Source: an uncultured Verrucomicrobiae bacterium (lineage in GTDB: Bacteria; Verrucomicrobiota; Verrucomicrobiia; Limisphaerales; Palsa-1400). Taken from it: 64,000 nt of DNA. The DNA is taken from NCBI GenBank assembly GCA_963764165.1, contig CAVXRD010000001.1, forward strand, positions 1,309,959-1,373,958, written 5' to 3'. The position numbers and the translations under genes are program-made. Numbering within the stretch: position 1 is the first letter of the stretch; each line of letters begins with the position of its first letter. This document shows positions 53,909 to 62,970 of the stretch, in pieces. Below the pieces are notes generated by a model that worked only from the letters and a program-made list of their open reading frames with translations, made no database searches and was not told the DNA's origin.

Positions 53909-54699
53909 AACTAAGAATCCTCATAATCCGATTTGCGGCTGTCCTGTTGGCCATGGCTGCTTTTCCAATATTGGCCCAAGATGCTACAAACCGATTTCGC
54001 GCACTTGTCCTGGCAGAACGCGGAGACCAGCACGAAGCCTTTGTGGTTGCCGCGCTGGAATGGCTCAAGATCACGGCGGCTAAGGATCATTTCACAATGG
54101 ATGTTTTCGAGAATCCAAACCAATTCACCAAAGCGTTCCTAGCCAAGTACCAGTTGGTGATTCAGCTAAATTATCCTCCTTACCGTTGGAGCGACGAGGC
54201 CAAGGCCGCTTTCCAAAATTACATCGAGCAGGGAAAAGGAGGATGGGTTGGACTGCATCACGCCACCTTGCTGGGCGAGTTCGACGGTTACGCCATGTGG
54301 CCATGGTTCTCTGACTTCATGGGCGGAATTCGATTCAAGAGCTACATCGCCAAGCGAGTCGCGGGAACGGTCGTGGTCGAGGACGCGGCGCATCCGTGCC
54401 TGAAGGGAGTGCCTGCGACGTTTGTGGTCAAAGAAGAAGAATGGTACACCTACGACAAGGACCCGCGCCCCAACGTGCATGTTTTGGCCCGCGTGGACGA
54501 ATCGTCTTACCAGCCTTCATCAGATGTCAAGATGGGAGACCATCCGGTGATTTGGACAAATGAAAAAATGAAGGCCCGCAATATCTACATTCTGATGGGC
54601 CACCACCCCACCCTGTTTGCAAACGAGAACTACAAAACCCTGCTGCGCAATGCCATTCTGTGGGCAGGCGGCGCAAGCGAAACGAATATTGTCAAATAA
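53905..54699 (+). CDS. ThuA domain-containing protein (exported), paralog 1
   Basis: Start MKLRILIIRFAAVLLAMAAFPILAQ overlaps the GH9-like stop (ATGA). ThuA-like motifs GGWVGLHHA, DHPVIWTNE, NAILWAGG. Confidence 0.8.
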   Translation: MKLRILIIRFAAVLLAMAAFPILAQDATNRFRALVLAERGDQHEAFVVAALEWLKITAAKDHFTMDVFENPNQFTKAFLAKYQLVIQLNYPPYRWSDEAKAAFQNYIEQGKGGWVGLHHATLLGEFDGYAMWPWFSDFMGGIRFKSYIAKRVAGTVVVEDAAHPCLKGVPATFVVKEEEWYTYDKDPRPNVHVLARVDESSYQPSSDVKMGDHPVIWTNEKMKARNIYILMGHHPTLFANENYKTLLRNAILWAGGASETNIVK

Positions 54700-55551
54700 A
54701 TGCACTCAACCAAACTCACAACCATTATCCGGCGGGGAATTGGATTCAGCGCGGTCATTTTGTGTTGCGCCAGCCTCCACGCCCAAAGTCCGGCGCCGCA
54801 GTTCAAGGTCGTGGCCTTCTATACCGGCAAAAACGATCTGGCGCATATCAGTTTTGTAAAAGAGGCCAACCGCTGGTTTCCGAAGATGGCTGCCAAGTAT
54901 AATTTCGATTACGAAGCGACCACGAATTGGAATCAATTAAACGCGGCCTTTCTCTCCCGGTATCAAGTCGTGCTTTTCCTGGATACGCGGCCGGATGTTC
55001 CGGCCCAGCGCAAGGCCTTTGAGGATTACATGGATCATGGCGGGGCCTGGATGGGATTTCACTATGCCGCATTTGCTTTGACGCCTTCGGACGATCCGCA
55101 GAATTGGGATTGGTATCACGAGAAGTTTCTGGGGTCGGGCGAGTATCTTAGCAACACGTGGCGGCCCACCTCAGCAGTCTTGCGCGTCGAAAACAGCCAT
55201 CATCCAGCCACCAGCAGTTTGCCGGCGACATTCAAGTCGGCTCCGAACGAGTGGTATAGGTGGAAGAATAATTTGCGCGCCAACCCCGACATCAGAGTGC
55301 TCCTCTCCATCGATCCGGCCAGCTTTCCATTGGGGACCGGCCCCAAGACAAATGAAATCTGGCACAGCGGCGATTACCCGGTGGTGTGGACCAATCAGAA
55401 ATACAAAATGATCTATCTGAACATGGGCCATAACGACATGGATTACGAGCACAAGACCAACAAGGAGCTGTCATCCACTTTTGAAAGCGAAGCGCAAAAC
55501 CAGTTAATTATTGACAGCCTCCTTTGGCTGGGTGGCGGCAAAAAGCAATGA
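54700..55551 (+). CDS. ThuA domain-containing protein (exported), paralog 2
   Basis: 283 aa, starting immediately after the previous stop. GGAWMGFHYA, DYPVVWTNQ and DSLLWLGG parallel the paralog 1 motifs. Confidence 0.8.
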   Translation: MHSTKLTTIIRRGIGFSAVILCCASLHAQSPAPQFKVVAFYTGKNDLAHISFVKEANRWFPKMAAKYNFDYEATTNWNQLNAAFLSRYQVVLFLDTRPDVPAQRKAFEDYMDHGGAWMGFHYAAFALTPSDDPQNWDWYHEKFLGSGEYLSNTWRPTSAVLRVENSHHPATSSLPATFKSAPNEWYRWKNNLRANPDIRVLLSIDPASFPLGTGPKTNEIWHSGDYPVVWTNQKYKMIYLNMGHNDMDYEHKTNKELSSTFESEAQNQLIIDSLLWLGGGKKQ

Positions 55552-55632
55552 TGTTTGATTTCTATTGGCATCTCCAGGAAGCGGTGCTTGAATTCCCATG
55601 CGACTCAATTGTGTCAATACTCGGAGGACATT

Positions 55633-57318
55633 ATGTCGAAGATACTTTTCATCATTGTTTTCAGCGGCATCATTGAATTCTTGACCGCGACACCCGCCGC
55701 CGCAGACGGGACCAATGGCGCGTGCGTCACGCCGCCCTCGGGTCTTGTTGGCTGGTGGAAGGGGGAAGACAACGCGAATGACAGCGCGGGCGCCGACAAC
55801 GGCGCGCTCTCGCCAACCGGCGCGACTTACGCGCCGGGGATGGTTGGGCAGGCGTTCCATTTTGACGGCAGCAACGGCTTCGTGCAAATTCCAGATTCCG
55901 CGGCTCTTAAGCCCGCCGCCGTCACGATTGAAGCGTGGGTCTGGCTGGACCCAGGTTTGACCAACCACGGCGGTGAACAAATCGTCTTCAAGAAAAACAC
56001 CTGGTCCGCCTATTTCGAAGGTTACAGCCTGTTGAAATACGGCGACGGAATTTCCCCCGACGTTTTCGAGTTTTGTGTTTCAAGCCACGGCGACCAGGTG
56101 CCCGTATATGGGCTAACAGCCGTGCAGCGCGGGGCTTGGTATCACGTCGCCGCTACTTACGACGGCAGCGAAGCCATCCTTTACGTCAATGGTGTTGCGG
56201 ACGGTTCGGCAACGGCAGGCTTTCCTCTGGATTACGACACCACGCCGCTTTTCATCGGCACGACGGGCACGTGGCCACCATACTTGAGCATGTTCGGCGG
56301 CGTTATTGATGAGGTTTCCTTATACGATCGGGCATTGTCGCCCGAGGAGATTAAGGCCCTCTACAGCGCGGACTCCGCGGGCAAATGCCCACCCGGCTGC
56401 ACGACGCCGCCATCAGGATTGGTGGCGATGTGGAAGGGCGAAGACAATGTCATTGACAGCACCGGCACGAACAATGGCACGCTCTCGGCCTCCGGCGCAA
56501 CCTACGGGCCGGGAATGGTTGGGCGGGCTTTCCGTTTTGATGGAACCAATGGCTTTGCGCAAATCCCCGACTCACCCGTTCTGAAGCCCGCCGCGGTCAG
56601 CATCGAAGCGTGGGTCTGGCTCGATCCAAGCCTTCCCGCCGAGCAAGGCGGAGAGCAGATCGTGTTCAAAAAAAATACCTGGTCCGCCTATTTCGAAGGC
56701 TACAGCCTCTTGAAATACAGTGACGGAATTGACCCCGATGTCTTCGAGTTTTGTGTTTCGCGAAACGGCGATCAAAGGACCCTTTATTCGCAGACGATTG
56801 CGGAACGCGGAGTTTGGCATCACGTCGCTGCGACTTATGACGGGACAAACATCGCGCTTTACATCAACGGCGAAGTGGAAGATTCGGGAGTGGCGCCATT
56901 CCCGCTGGATTATGACACCACTCCACTTTTCATCGGCACCACGGGCACGTGGCAGCCTTACCTGAACATGTTCGGCGGCATGATTGACGAGGTTTCCATT
57001 TACAGCCGGGCGCTGTCGTCCAACGAAATTGCCGCCATTTACTCCGCTGGCGCTTATGGCAAGTGCGTGCCGGAAACGGCGCAAGACAAATTCTTAAATC
57101 CCCAAAATGCTGGCGGTAATTTGAATGCCGAATTCGCGGGCGCGCCGGGAGTGACGTACACGATTGAATCCGCCGTCAGTCTTGGCGGGCCCTGGACCAA
57201 GGTGGCGAATTTTCAATCACCCTTAACCGATCAAGGATTGGGCGCGGGGGTTTTTGCATTCTCGACCCCCGCCACAAACAGCGCGCAGTTTTTCCGCGCA
57301 GTATGTCCTGCTTATTGA
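55633..57318 (+). CDS. exported protein with two tandem LamG / concanavalin-A-like (Laminin_G_3) modules and an FYR-type C-terminal domain
   Basis: Start MSKILFIIVFSGIIEFLTATPAAA with GGAGGA 5 nt upstream. Each module carries ...FDGSNGF.QIPDS..LKPAAV.IEAWVWLDP...W.HVAATYDG....LY.NG...IDEVS.Y.RALS. The C-terminus is ...YTIESAVSLGGPWTKVANFQSPL...NSAQFFRAVCPAY. Confidence 0.8.
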   Translation: MSKILFIIVFSGIIEFLTATPAAADGTNGACVTPPSGLVGWWKGEDNANDSAGADNGALSPTGATYAPGMVGQAFHFDGSNGFVQIPDSAALKPAAVTIEAWVWLDPGLTNHGGEQIVFKKNTWSAYFEGYSLLKYGDGISPDVFEFCVSSHGDQVPVYGLTAVQRGAWYHVAATYDGSEAILYVNGVADGSATAGFPLDYDTTPLFIGTTGTWPPYLSMFGGVIDEVSLYDRALSPEEIKALYSADSAGKCPPGCTTPPSGLVAMWKGEDNVIDSTGTNNGTLSASGATYGPGMVGRAFRFDGTNGFAQIPDSPVLKPAAVSIEAWVWLDPSLPAEQGGEQIVFKKNTWSAYFEGYSLLKYSDGIDPDVFEFCVSRNGDQRTLYSQTIAERGVWHHVAATYDGTNIALYINGEVEDSGVAPFPLDYDTTPLFIGTTGTWQPYLNMFGGMIDEVSIYSRALSSNEIAAIYSAGAYGKCVPETAQDKFLNPQNAGGNLNAEFAGAPGVTYTIESAVSLGGPWTKVANFQSPLTDQGLGAGVFAFSTPATNSAQFFRAVCPAY

Positions 57319-57336
57319 ATGGGGGCGGCAAAAGCA

Positions 57337-59181
57337 TCACTGCCCTTTTGACAACAGCTTTTCGAGCAGCGCATTTAAGCGCGTCACCATCGCGCTGGGG
57401 TCTTCCAGCAAGCCGGCGGCGACGCGCGCGTTGTCAAGCAGTTGCTCCGCCACGCTGCCAGCCAGCGCGGCATCCGTCTGCCGCATCGCATCGAGGCGGG
57501 CGATGATGGGATGCGCGGGGTTGATTTCAAAATCATGTTTGACAGCGGGAAGATCCGGGCCGTCCTGCTTCATCGCTTTCATGATGCGCCTCATGCTGCC
57601 AGTCATGAATTTGTCCGCATCCACCACCATGGCGGGGCTGCCGACGAGCCGTTGCGAGACGCGCACTTCGTTGACTTTGTCGCCCAGGCTTTCCTTGAGC
57701 CATTTGGCCAATTCCTTCGCGGCTTCTTCTGACAACGGGCTGTCCTTCTTTCCAGCTAGATTCAATTCCGCTTTTTCCGCGAGACGCAGCGGCTTGCCGT
57801 CGAACTCGCGCAGATGTTCCATCACAAATTCATCCCACGGATCGGAAAGGAAGAGCACTTCCCATTTGCGCTCGTTAAACACTTCGAAATACGGACTGGC
57901 CTCGGCCGCGGCGCGATTGGCGGCCAGCAGGCAATAGATTTCCTTTTGGTCGGAGGGCATGCGCTTTACGTAATCGGCGAACGATGTGAGCTTGCCCTTC
58001 TCCAGCGTCGAGGATTCGTAGCGCAGCAATTTGCCGAGGGCTTCCTTGTGCGTGAAATCCGTGACGACACCCTCTTTGAGAAACCGCTGATATTCGTGAT
58101 AAAACTTCTCGTAAGCCTCGGCTTCCTTCTGCGATTGATCGTCCAGGAATTTCAAGAAACGGCTCGTCAATACTTTGTTCAACTTCTGCATCAGCGAGGT
58201 GTCCTGCATCGTCTCGCGGGAAATGTTCAGCGGCAAATCTTCGCTGTCCACCACGCCCTTCAGAAAGCGCAGCCATTCTGGGAAAAGTCCTTTGGCCTTG
58301 GCCTGGATGAGCACCTTGCGGCAATACAGGCTCACCTCCGACTCCATCCGCCCCATGCCAAGCGTCTCGAAATTGCGCGGCGGAACGAATAGCAGCGCCT
58401 GGATCATCAGCGGCGCGTCGGCGGAAAAATGCAGGCGGAATAGCGGTTTTTCGTGATCGTGACCGATGAATTCGTAGAACTCATTGTATTCCTCCTCTTT
58501 GATTTCGTTTTTGTTCCGCGCCCAAATCGCCTGCACGGTGTTCAGCCGTTTCCCATTTAATTCAATGGGGAATGGCACGAAACTGGAATACCGCTTGATG
58601 ATTCGCTCGATGGTATCAGCCTGCGAGAATTCCTTGGCGTCGTCCTTGAGTTCGAGCGTGATTTTGGTGCCGCGCGGCAGGTCGGCGGCAGGGGATATAT
58701 CGTAGCCGCCCATGCCTTCGCTGGTCCATTCGGATCCCTCCCCCTCCGGCTCAAACGAGCGGCTCAGCACGGTGACTCGCTTGGCGGCCATGAACGCTGA
58801 ATAAAAGCCCACGCCGAACTGCCCGATCAAATTCACGTCGGGCTTTTTGTTCTCGGCCAATTGCTTGAGGAATGCTTTGGTGCCCGAATGCGCAATCGTG
58901 CCGAGGTTCTCGACCAATTGGTCACGCGTCATGCCGCATCCGGAGTCAGTGATGGTCACGGTGCCGGCTTTGTCATCGGTCGTTACCGCGATGATTGGCG
59001 CGGTGTCCGGCTGAAAAACCGGCTGGCCCGAGGCTTGGCTGAACCGCAATTTCTCGCAGGCATCCGCCGCGTTGGAAATCAACTCCCGGACGAAGATTTC
59101 TTTGTCCGTGTAGAGTGAATGAATGACGATGTCCAGCAACTGCTGGATTTCCGCTTGGAAATGATGTGATTCTTTCTGCAT
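57337..59181 (-). CDS. htpG: molecular chaperone HtpG (Hsp90)
   Basis: 614 aa. FQAEIQQLLDIVIHSLYTDKEIFVRELISNAADACEKLRF, GTIAHSGTKAF, GQFGVGFYSAFM. Confidence 0.95.
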   Translation of the reverse strand: MQKESHHFQAEIQQLLDIVIHSLYTDKEIFVRELISNAADACEKLRFSQASGQPVFQPDTAPIIAVTTDDKAGTVTITDSGCGMTRDQLVENLGTIAHSGTKAFLKQLAENKKPDVNLIGQFGVGFYSAFMAAKRVTVLSRSFEPEGEGSEWTSEGMGGYDISPAADLPRGTKITLELKDDAKEFSQADTIERIIKRYSSFVPFPIELNGKRLNTVQAIWARNKNEIKEEEYNEFYEFIGHDHEKPLFRLHFSADAPLMIQALLFVPPRNFETLGMGRMESEVSLYCRKVLIQAKAKGLFPEWLRFLKGVVDSEDLPLNISRETMQDTSLMQKLNKVLTSRFLKFLDDQSQKEAEAYEKFYHEYQRFLKEGVVTDFTHKEALGKLLRYESSTLEKGKLTSFADYVKRMPSDQKEIYCLLAANRAAAEASPYFEVFNERKWEVLFLSDPWDEFVMEHLREFDGKPLRLAEKAELNLAGKKDSPLSEEAAKELAKWLKESLGDKVNEVRVSQRLVGSPAMVVDADKFMTGSMRRIMKAMKQDGPDLPAVKHDFEINPAHPIIARLDAMRQTDAALAGSVAEQLLDNARVAAGLLEDPSAMVTRLNALLEKLLSKGQ

Positions 59182-59285
59182 AAGATATTTCGATTACAAA
59201 ATCGCGGAACGTCTTCCCGCGAGTCAATGCATTCGTTCGTAAATTCCTTCGCTCGGCGCCATCAGATTTTCGCAGGCAATTTTGA

Positions 59286-59597
59286 TCAGAAGCCTAACCG
59301 ATGGCGAAGGCGGCTCGCCAAGTCCATGTTCACATGCAACACCGCGAGAATCAACGGACATTGCCTTTGCCGGACAAGGTGGAACACGAAGTGATGCTGG
59401 ACTCTTGAAACACGCAAATCAGGGCGATGCTTAAAAAACACCCGTGTCCGCGCCGTCCGGCGCCCGATGGCGCGGAAGTGGCTTTCGAGAATTGCATCGT
59501 AGCGGCGAGCCTGTTCCATTCCCCACGTCTTAATTGTGTATCGGACGATCGCTTGAATGTCCGCATCAGCCGCTTCGGTCAATTCATAAGCGGTCAC
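59286..59597 (-). CDS. type II toxin, ParE family
   Basis: 103 aa. MTAYELTEAADADIQAIVRYTIKTWGMEQARRYDAILESHFRAI...HHFVFHLV...ILAVLHVNMD fits ParE. It starts 1 nt after the antitoxin stop. Confidence 0.8.
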   Translation of the reverse strand: MTAYELTEAADADIQAIVRYTIKTWGMEQARRYDAILESHFRAIGRRTARTRVFFKHRPDLRVSRVQHHFVFHLVRQRQCPLILAVLHVNMDLASRLRHRLGF

Positions 59598-59598
59598 G

Positions 59599-59856
59599 TC
59601 ATTTTTTTGGCTCGCGGTAGACGCTCTCGAATATCTCGTGAACGGTTCGCTGGCTGATTGATCCCTTTTTTGCGCTGCGGATGCGCTCGTCTAGGAATGC
59701 TTCAAGTTCCGCCATCGCGGCAGCATCATTTGCGTCCTCTCCCCCGCCGATGGTGCGCTCGATGACAAAGTCTTTGATAGACTTGCCTTGCAAGGCGGCC
59801 ATCGCCTTGAGTTTTTGGTGCTCGTGGGCGGTTACGTCAATGGAAATGCGACTCAT
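59599..59856 (-). CDS. ribbon-helix-helix antitoxin (ParD/CopG-like)
   Basis: 85 aa. MSRISIDVTAHEHQKLKAMAALQGKSIKDFVIERT is a typical RHH N-terminus. Confidence 0.75.
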   Translation of the reverse strand: MSRISIDVTAHEHQKLKAMAALQGKSIKDFVIERTIGGGEDANDAAAMAELEAFLDERIRSAKKGSISQRTVHEIFESVYREPKK

Positions 59857-59898
59857 AAAATGTTCCTATTATTTCACTTCCTAGAAGCTGCCAGAAAG

Positions 59899-59929
59899 CC
59901 CACATTTGTGCAATATACATTAATGTGGG
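59899..59929. promoter_or_regulatory. candidate operator palindrome of the ParE/RHH operon
   Basis: cccacatt-(15 nt)-aatgtggg inverted repeat located 43-73 nt upstream of the antitoxin start (minus strand). RHH antitoxins usually autoregulate through such palindromes. Confidence 0.35.
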
Positions 59930-60092
59930 TCGAACGCCCAATGTGATTTCCCAGTGAAAAACTCGGAAGCGATAGGCTGGAGATCACTTGGATCCGGATG
60001 GAAATCCAGGGAATTTGAACACGACGCCGCAAAAAACGCTTCTTGATTTCCCCGGCGCACGGTCTATTTCTTTAGGCCAATTTTTTTACGAC

Positions 60093-61409
60093 ATGGCTTA
60101 TAAAAACATCACTCCTCCGGAGGGCGGAAAAATCACCATCGCCCAAGGCAAACTCAATGTTCCTGAAAATCCGATCATTCCGTTCATCCGCGGCGACGGC
60201 ACCGGCCCCGATATCTGGGCGGCCAGCGTCCGTGTCTTTGATGCGGCGGTGCAAAAGGCCTACGGGGGCAAACGCAAGGTGTCGTGGTTCGAGGTTTTCG
60301 CGGGCGAAGAATCGTTCAAGCGATTCAACTCGTGGCTGCCCGAGGAAACCATCGAGGCGTTCAAGGAATTTCTCGTCGGCATCAAAGGGCCGCTCACAAC
60401 GCCCGTCGGCGGCGGCATACGCTCGCTGAATGTCGAATTGCGCCAGCAGCTCGATCTCTACGTCTGCCTGCGCCCGGTGCAGTATTTTCAGGGCGTCCCC
60501 TCCCCTGTCAAACATCCGGAGAAAGTGGAGATGGTCATCTTCCGTGAAAATACAGAGGACATTTACGCGGGCATCGAATACGCGGCCGGAACGCCGGAAT
60601 CGCAAAAGATGCTGGATTTCCTGGCCAAGGAATTTCCCAAGGCTTTCGCGAAAATCCGCTTTGGCACCAAGGAAAAGGCGGAGCAATTCTGGACGGCGGT
60701 CGGCGCAAAGGATTTTCCGACGGATGTGCGCGTCGGCATTGGCATCAAGCCGATGAGCTACAGCGGCTCGGTGCGCCTGATTCACAGCGCCATCAGTTAC
60801 GCGGTTAAATTCAAACGCAAGAGCGTCACCCTCGTGCATAAAGGCAACATCATGAAGTTCACCGAGGGCGCGTTCCGCGATTGGGGTTACCAGACGGCGA
60901 AGGAACATTTCGGCGCAGTGGAAATCGACGGCGGCCCGTGGTGCAAAATTCCCGAGGGCAAACCCGGAGCGGGCATTGTCATCAAGGACGCCATCGCGGA
61001 TATCACCTTGCAGCAAGTGCTCACGCGGCCCGAAGATTTCGACGTCATCGCGACGCCGAATTTGAACGGCGATTATCTAAGCGACGCGCTGGCGGCCCAG
61101 GTCGGCGGCATCGGCATCGCGCCCGGCGGCAACGTCAATTATATTACGGGCCACGCCATTTTCGAAGCCACCCACGGGACCGCGCCGAAGTACGCTAACC
61201 AGGACCGGGTCAATCCGGGCAGCGTGATCCTCAGCGGCGAAATGATGCTGCGCCATCTCGGCTGGATCGAGGCTGCGGACATGATTTTAAAGGGATTGAA
61301 CGGCGCGATTGCGTCGAAAAAAGTCACTTACGATTTCGCGCGATTGATGCCCGGAGCGACCGAAATCAAATGCTCGGCGTTCGGCGATAACATTATCGAA
61401 CACTTGTGA
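60093..61409 (+). CDS. icd: isocitrate dehydrogenase (NADP-dependent, prokaryotic homodimeric type)
   Basis: Start chosen at [76 protein letters not shown]. Confidence 0.93.
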   Translation: MAYKNITPPEGGKITIAQGKLNVPENPIIPFIRGDGTGPDIWAASVRVFDAAVQKAYGGKRKVSWFEVFAGEESFKRFNSWLPEETIEAFKEFLVGIKGPLTTPVGGGIRSLNVELRQQLDLYVCLRPVQYFQGVPSPVKHPEKVEMVIFRENTEDIYAGIEYAAGTPESQKMLDFLAKEFPKAFAKIRFGTKEKAEQFWTAVGAKDFPTDVRVGIGIKPMSYSGSVRLIHSAISYAVKFKRKSVTLVHKGNIMKFTEGAFRDWGYQTAKEHFGAVEIDGGPWCKIPEGKPGAGIVIKDAIADITLQQVLTRPEDFDVIATPNLNGDYLSDALAAQVGGIGIAPGGNVNYITGHAIFEATHGTAPKYANQDRVNPGSVILSGEMMLRHLGWIEAADMILKGLNGAIASKKVTYDFARLMPGATEIKCSAFGDNIIEHL

Positions 61410-61442
61410 GCGCCAGACCGTTGGACAATTAAGTTGCTCAGG

Positions 61443-61990
61443 ATAGGGGTAGGGACGAGGGATTGAACCTCGCCCCTCCCTCCAAACCGGACGGGCCCGT
61501 TTCGGGCATCCGGCTTTCCAGTCAGTGGTTTCTCTTGCGAGATTGGATCGCTTCATGGTGGGCCAAGGCCAGGGAGATTAGCCCCAATTCGGCGAAGTAG
61601 GCGTTGGGCCAGCGTTGATGATCGAGTCCGCGTGCGCGTCCGTGTCCTTTGTGCCGTTTTCGCAGGATGGCCCTCAGTCGTCCGCGCACCCAGCTGTCTT
61701 CCTTGGTGAACACGTTTGGAAGACTGTGTTTGAAGTATTCAAACCAGCCTCGCAAGGTCAGGTTCACTTCTTTGCTGATTTCCTCCATGCTGTCGGCTCT
61801 CAAACGTCGGGTCTTTTGCCGTATCGTAGCCTTTGAGGTCGGCATCCACCACCCACACGCGGCCCGTGTCAAGCAGTTGGTCCACCCGCCGGAGCGCGTC
61901 TCTGGCCCCGCGTCGCGGCCTGAATCCATAGCTGTGTTCGGCAAAGATGTTCTCGAATATGCCATGAGGAATCAGCCGCTTCAGTTTTGG
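61443..61990 (-). mobile_element. group II intron remnant: 3' end with intact-looking domains V/VI and a gutted RT/maturase ORF; 5' domains missing
   Basis: The minus strand at 61516..61484 reads AAGCCGGAUGCCCGAAACGGGCCCGUCCGGUUU. This is a domain V-type hairpin with the AGC triad, a 2-nt bulge and a GAAA-like loop. It is followed by a domain VI-like hairpin and ...CCCCUAU ending near 61443, 34 nt after the icd stop. RT fragments are listed under 61522..62005. Confidence 0.75.
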
Positions 61991-62005
61991 GATTCGACCA
62001 CACAC
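61522..62005 (-). pseudogene. group II intron reverse transcriptase/maturase, frameshifted and internally deleted
   Basis: ORF 61739..62005 carries RT motifs 1-3 (FAEHSYGFRPRRGARDALRRVDQLLDTGRVWVVDADLKGY). ORF 61522..61965, in another frame, carries the thumb/maturase end (IRQKTRRLRADSMEEISKEVNLTLRGWFEYFKHS...WVRGRLRAILRKR...RWPNAYFAELGLISLALAH). RT motifs 4-7, including the YADD catalytic loop, are absent. Confidence 0.75.
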
Positions 62006-62872
62006 GAGCTGGTGGCCGAAGTCCGCGCGCTGCCGGAAGTGGGCTCAAGCGTCACCTACAGCCCGGATGGTTCGCTGGCGGTTTTCGTTGGCGGCTACTC
62101 GGAGGGCTTTTGCCTGGATGCAAAGTCGCGGAAGGTCATCCATAGATTCCACAAGCCCCGGGAGGATGGAGGGAGCCATGCCCCGAGTTGGCCCGTCTTT
62201 ACCGCCGATGGCCGCCATCTCTTGCTGCAATATGACGAGGATCTCGCCATTTTTGACACTGCAAGCTGGCAGCAAGTTCCAAGTCTGCCCGAAATTCCTC
62301 GAGGAGCCGTGCAATATATTCCTTCGCCAGACACCAACCGTGCCGTCGTCACGTTCAAAACTGGCGGCGTTGAACTATGGGATGTTCCGCATTTTCGCCC
62401 GATGGCGACGCTGGCAAAAAATGTCCGACTGACGAAAGTCTCGTTCTCGCCCGATGGCCTGCTTTTCGCGACGGTCGCGGTCAGCACCAATGATGTCTCC
62501 AATCTTTCGCCTTCGCTCTTTCAGATTTGGAAATCCGCCAGCGGCGAGCTCGCGATGGAAATCTCTTTGGATGGCAAATCCGCCTGGCCGGAGATTCTCG
62601 ATCATCTGCTTTGGTCGCCGGACGGAAAGTATCTGCTTGCTGCTGCCCGCGCTCCTGGCTTCGGGAGCCAAATCGATGTATTTAATGTGTTCAATGTCGA
62701 ATCTGGCCGTCTCCGCGCCGGATTACCGGGACCCGTCGGCGAGATTAACGGGCTTGCACTCAAGCCCGATGGCCAACTCGTCGCCGGTGGCAATGACGGG
62801 AAAATCTACTTTTGGGATTTCACCGCCGTGATGGACAAGGTGAAGGCATTCGAACGTTCACTTGCAGACTGA
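61964..62872 (+). CDS. WD40/PD40-like beta-propeller repeat protein, apparently 5'-truncated at the intron remnant
   Basis: Protein-like sequence starts at MRNQPLQFWDSTTHELVAEVRALPEVGSSVTYSPDGS. Repeats of the type V.FSPDG..LA......I..WD. The upstream 105 codons of track ORF 61649.. are antisense to the RT remnant. There is no signal peptide or recognisable N-terminal domain. Confidence 0.6.
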   Translation: MRNQPLQFWDSTTHELVAEVRALPEVGSSVTYSPDGSLAVFVGGYSEGFCLDAKSRKVIHRFHKPREDGGSHAPSWPVFTADGRHLLLQYDEDLAIFDTASWQQVPSLPEIPRGAVQYIPSPDTNRAVVTFKTGGVELWDVPHFRPMATLAKNVRLTKVSFSPDGLLFATVAVSTNDVSNLSPSLFQIWKSASGELAMEISLDGKSAWPEILDHLLWSPDGKYLLAAARAPGFGSQIDVFNVFNVESGRLRAGLPGPVGEINGLALKPDGQLVAGGNDGKIYFWDFTAVMDKVKAFERSLAD

Positions 62873-62970
62873 GCCGGGCAGCAAGAGAAACATTGGCTTT
62901 GGGGCAAGGTGTCCTTGAATAAATATTTACATTCCATCGTCAACCGGGGACGTTCTTGGTGAATCTCGAA

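Noticed and set aside
61649-61963. First 105 codons of track ORF 61649..62872
   Set aside because: They are antisense to the group II intron RT remnant and have no WD40-like features. Beta-propeller repeats start only after the ATG at 61964.
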